Origin: an uncultured delta proteobacterium
Lineage (GTDB): Bacteria > Desulfobacterota > Binatia > UTPRO1
Assembly (NCBI GenBank): GCA_963797545.1
Contig: CAWCPU010000003.1
Location: 203,505 to 267,504 of the forward strand
Direction of reading: 5' to 3'
DNA: 64,000 nt
The notes below the pieces were generated by a model that saw nothing but the letters and a program-made list of their open reading frames with translations, made no database searches and was not told the origin of the DNA. Below, piece by piece: positions 61,591-64,000 of the stretch. The stretch's first letter is position 1; every line of letters starts with the position of its first letter. The translations under genes were made by a program, and so were the position numbers.

Positions 61591-62385
61591 TCACGGGAAG
61601 ATCGAGCCGACCATCTCGTCGAGCGCCCGGCGGAGCTCGAGATCGTCGGTCAGCGAGCGGCTGATCGCGGCCGTGCACGCGCGCCGCGCCGGAATGCCCG
61701 ACTCGATGAGCTGCGCGGCGTAGATCAGGAGCCGCGTGCTGACGCCTTCCGAGAGCCCGCCGCCGCGCAGGTTGCGGATCTTCTCGCCGAGCGTCGCGAG
61801 CTCGAGCGCGGTGCGCATGTCGGTCGGCCCCTCGTGGGCGACGATCTGCGCCTCCTTGTCCCGCGCCGGGTAGTCGAACTCGAGGCTCACGAAGCGCTGC
61901 CGCGTCGACTGCTTCAGGTCCTTGAGCACGCTCTGGTAGCCGGGGTTGTACGAGATCACCAGCAGGAAGTCGGGATGCGCCTCGAGGATCTCGCCCTTCT
62001 TGTCGATCGGCAGGATGCGGCGGTGATCGGTGAGCGGATGGATGAGCACGATCGTGTCCTTCCGCGCCTCGACGATCTCGTCGAGGTAGCAGATCGCGCC
62101 CGTCTTCACCGCCTGCGTCAGCGGCCCGTCGATCCACAGCGTGTCGTCGCCCTTGATGAGGTAGCGGCCGACGAGATCGCTGCCCGTCAGGTCCTCGTGG
62201 CACGCGACCGTCACCAGGCGCGGGCCCTCGGAGCCGGCGGCCTTCAACGTCGCCGCCATGTACTCGACGAAGCGGGTCTTGCCGCAGCCCGTCGGCCCCT
62301 TGAGCAGCACCGGCAGCCGCTTCTCGTACGCCGCGGTGAAGACCTGCACCTCGTCGCCGATCGGCAGGTAGTAGGGCGTGCGCAT
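61591..62385 (-). CDS. CbbQ/NirQ/NorQ/GvpN-family MoxR-type AAA+ ATPase
   Basis: [44 protein letters not shown] (Walker A), ...[14 protein letters not shown] (Walker B), [11 protein letters not shown]; ORF extends in-frame upstream to 62526. Confidence 0.85.
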   Translation of the reverse strand: MRTPYYLPIGDEVQVFTAAYEKRLPVLLKGPTGCGKTRFVEYMAATLKAAGSEGPRLVTVACHEDLTGSDLVGRYLIKGDDTLWIDGPLTQAVKTGAICYLDEIVEARKDTIVLIHPLTDHRRILPIDKKGEILEAHPDFLLVISYNPGYQSVLKDLKQSTRQRFVSLEFDYPARDKEAQIVAHEGPTDMRTALELATLGEKIRNLRGGGLSEGVSTRLLIYAAQLIESGIPARRACTAAISRSLTDDLELRRALDEMVGSIFP

Positions 62386-62797
62386 CGAGCCGTCGAGTCT
62401 AGGGTCGAGGGGGGAGTGAAGCAACCTGAGATCGCGGCCGGCCGGGGCGGTCGGATGCTGCCGCGATGCGCCGCCACCGGCGTCGCGTGCGACGCGCACG
62501 GGCACGATCCGCGGCGTGCCCATCATTCCCCGGCGCTGCCGAGCACGTCGTGCTCCCAGAAATCGCGCGCCCGGCCAGCGCGAGCGGGGTTACGCTACCT
62601 GGCGCCGTTCGCTCCATCGCCTGCGAGACGACCCACCTCGATCTCCTCAGTCGCCCCTAGAGGCGTACGAACGGATTCACGCCTGGCTCGCGCGCTGATG
62701 CGGATCGAGAGCGTGTCGTCTGACGGCAGGGCGAGACGCGACACGATTCGATGCAGCCGGGCGCGGACCGACGTGACGGGGCCGAACTGTGGCTCGC

Positions 62798-63202
62798 TCA
62801 GCCGGCGAACGCGCTTCGGAAACGCTCGATGACCGCTGATGCGGTCATACGCGCGTCACGCAGGATCGAATCGGCACCGTCCTTGAGCTCTCGCCAGGAA
62901 TCACCGGCGGCGGCCGAGAGGCTCTTCAGTGTCCGGCCCGCTTCACGTTGCTTCGCGTGCAAGGCGCCGAGCTGAACGCGCGCCTCTTTGCGGAGCTGGC
63001 GAATCCGCGCCCGTGCATCGGTCTCGATCTTCCGCTCGGCGCTGAGCGCGGTCCGCCGGATCTCGGCGATTGATCGCTCCAGGTGCTTCACGGATCGTTG
63101 AATGTCGGCGTACGCCGCCCGCGCTTCGTGCGTCATCGCGGTGCGCGTACGTCGGATCGCGTTCGTCGACGTGGAACGCCTCCTTGCTGCCTTGGTCGCC
63201 AT
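62798..63202 (-). CDS. Hypothetical basic coiled-coil protein (134 aa)
   Basis: RBS GGAGGAG + ATG; helical heptad-like, Arg/Ala/Glu-rich. Confidence 0.5.
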   Translation of the reverse strand: MATKAARRRSTSTNAIRRTRTAMTHEARAAYADIQRSVKHLERSIAEIRRTALSAERKIETDARARIRQLRKEARVQLGALHAKQREAGRTLKSLSAAAGDSWRELKDGADSILRDARMTASAVIERFRSAFAG

Positions 63203-63486
63203 CGTCTCCTCCCTTCGTGCAGAGGATGAGCAATTGTCGTCGCCGGAGATCGGCGAAGACCGCATAGCTGAGATCGGCCTCGAGCGGAAAGCGCGGAACC
63301 CGGTGCCCTGACGTATTCGAGGAGCCGCCTGCCCCGCGAGCTTCGGCTCCGTGGCAAATGCCCTTGGCCGGTAATGGGGGAATGAGCGGCGCCCTCGACC
63401 CCGCGCCGGATCATCGATGCGCCGACCGGCGACTGCCTGGCGAGCGGTCATGATCGCAGTGCCGAACCCCTCGTCTTCTGGTAGTC

Positions 63487-64000
63487 ATGCCCGCCGTGAC
63501 CAACGCCAGCGGCAAGGTCGTGCTCGTCACCGGCGCCTCGTCGGGGATCGGGCAGGCGTGCGCGCGGCACCTGGCGGCGTGCGGGTATCGGGTCTTCGGG
63601 GCGCAGCGGCGGGTCGCGGCCGAGCGTGACGGCGGCGTCGAGATGCTGACGATGGACGTCACCGACGACGAGTCGGTGCGGCGCGGCGTCGCGACCGTGC
63701 TCGAGCGTGCCGGCCGGATCGACGCCGTGCTCAACAACGCCGGCAATGCGGTCGCGGGTGCGATCGAGGACACCGCGATCGAGGAGGCCCGCGCCCAGCT
63801 CGAGACCAACTTCTTCGGCGTCCTGCGCGTCTGTCGCGCGGTGCTGCCGCACATGCGCGAGCGGGGCGGCGGGTACGTGATCAACGTGAGCTCGCTCGCG
63901 GGCGTCCTCGGGTTGCCGTTCAACGGCCTCTACAGCGCCAGCAAGTTCGCGCTCGAAGGCATGACCGAGAGCCTGCGGCTCGAGACGCGCCGGTTCGGGA
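63487..64000 (+). CDS. Short-chain dehydrogenase/reductase (SDR), 3' end beyond window
   Basis: VLVTGASSGIGQACARHLA (TGxxxGIG), NNAG, catalytic NVSSLAG...YSASK. Confidence 0.85.
   Translation, partial: MPAVTNASGKVVLVTGASSGIGQACARHLAACGYRVFGAQRRVAAERDGGVEMLTMDVTDDESVRRGVATVLERAGRIDAVLNNAGNAVAGAIEDTAIEEARAQLETNFFGVLRVCRAVLPHMRERGGGYVINVSSLAGVLGLPFNGLYSASKFALEGMTESLRLETRRFG

Noticed and set aside
59616-62832. Plus-strand ORFs of 682 aa and 577 aa across the VWA and CbbQ genes
   Set aside because: Antisense to the Walker A/B-bearing CbbQ gene and MIDAS-bearing VWA gene; Arg/Gly-rich low-complexity translation.

Overview
This 64 kb window has about 72% GC and is gene-dense. The best guess is a Myxococcota / Anaeromyxobacter-like deltaproteobacterial contig, but that rests on content only. 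I found no rRNA, tRNA, CRISPR array, transposase or integrase.

Gene content from 5' to 3':
- A Ser/Thr kinase 3' end, a VapBC toxin-antitoxin pair, and a heavily frameshifted uvrA.
- A glutathione S-transferase and an isc Fe-S assembly cluster (iscS-iscU-iscA-hscB-hscA-iscX), with an IscR-like Rrf2 regulator at the 3' end.
- SppA, then a SIR2 sirtuin, a SLOG/MoCo-carrier-like gene and a DUF99 gene.
- A BMP-family ABC importer, PepA and an MltD-like transglycosylase.
- Aconitase AcnA interrupted by a LAGLIDADG intein, and a pectate-lyase-like lipoprotein.
- A triple SPFH (HflK/HflC-like) plus P-type ATPase operon, a phosphoesterase, and M16, M23 and M48 peptidases.
- Two tandem NAD-IDH paralogues, with a duplicated 3' fragment 12 kb away.
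- A very large secreted lipase.
- A redox module: a heme-motif sensor kinase with two response regulators, a triheme cytochrome / Fe-S / NrfD operon, and a 7-heme membrane cytochrome.
- A CbbQ/NorQ AAA+ ATPase with a giant VWA partner, and an SDR gene running off the window end.

Many conserved genes are broken by indel-type frameshifts, plus one in-frame TAG in iscU. This looks like consensus error, not biology.

The most notable items:
- A full-length homing-endonuclease intein sits exactly at the Fe-S ligand cysteine of aconitase.
- Two structured palindromic elements, one in-frame inside an ABC ATPase.
- A split SIR2 + SLOG + DUF99 cluster.
- A Zn-ribbon-like insertion in the histidine kinase ATP-binding domain, and a response-regulator/GcvH-like fusion.
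- A CbbQ/VWA chaperone pair beside the cytochrome module.
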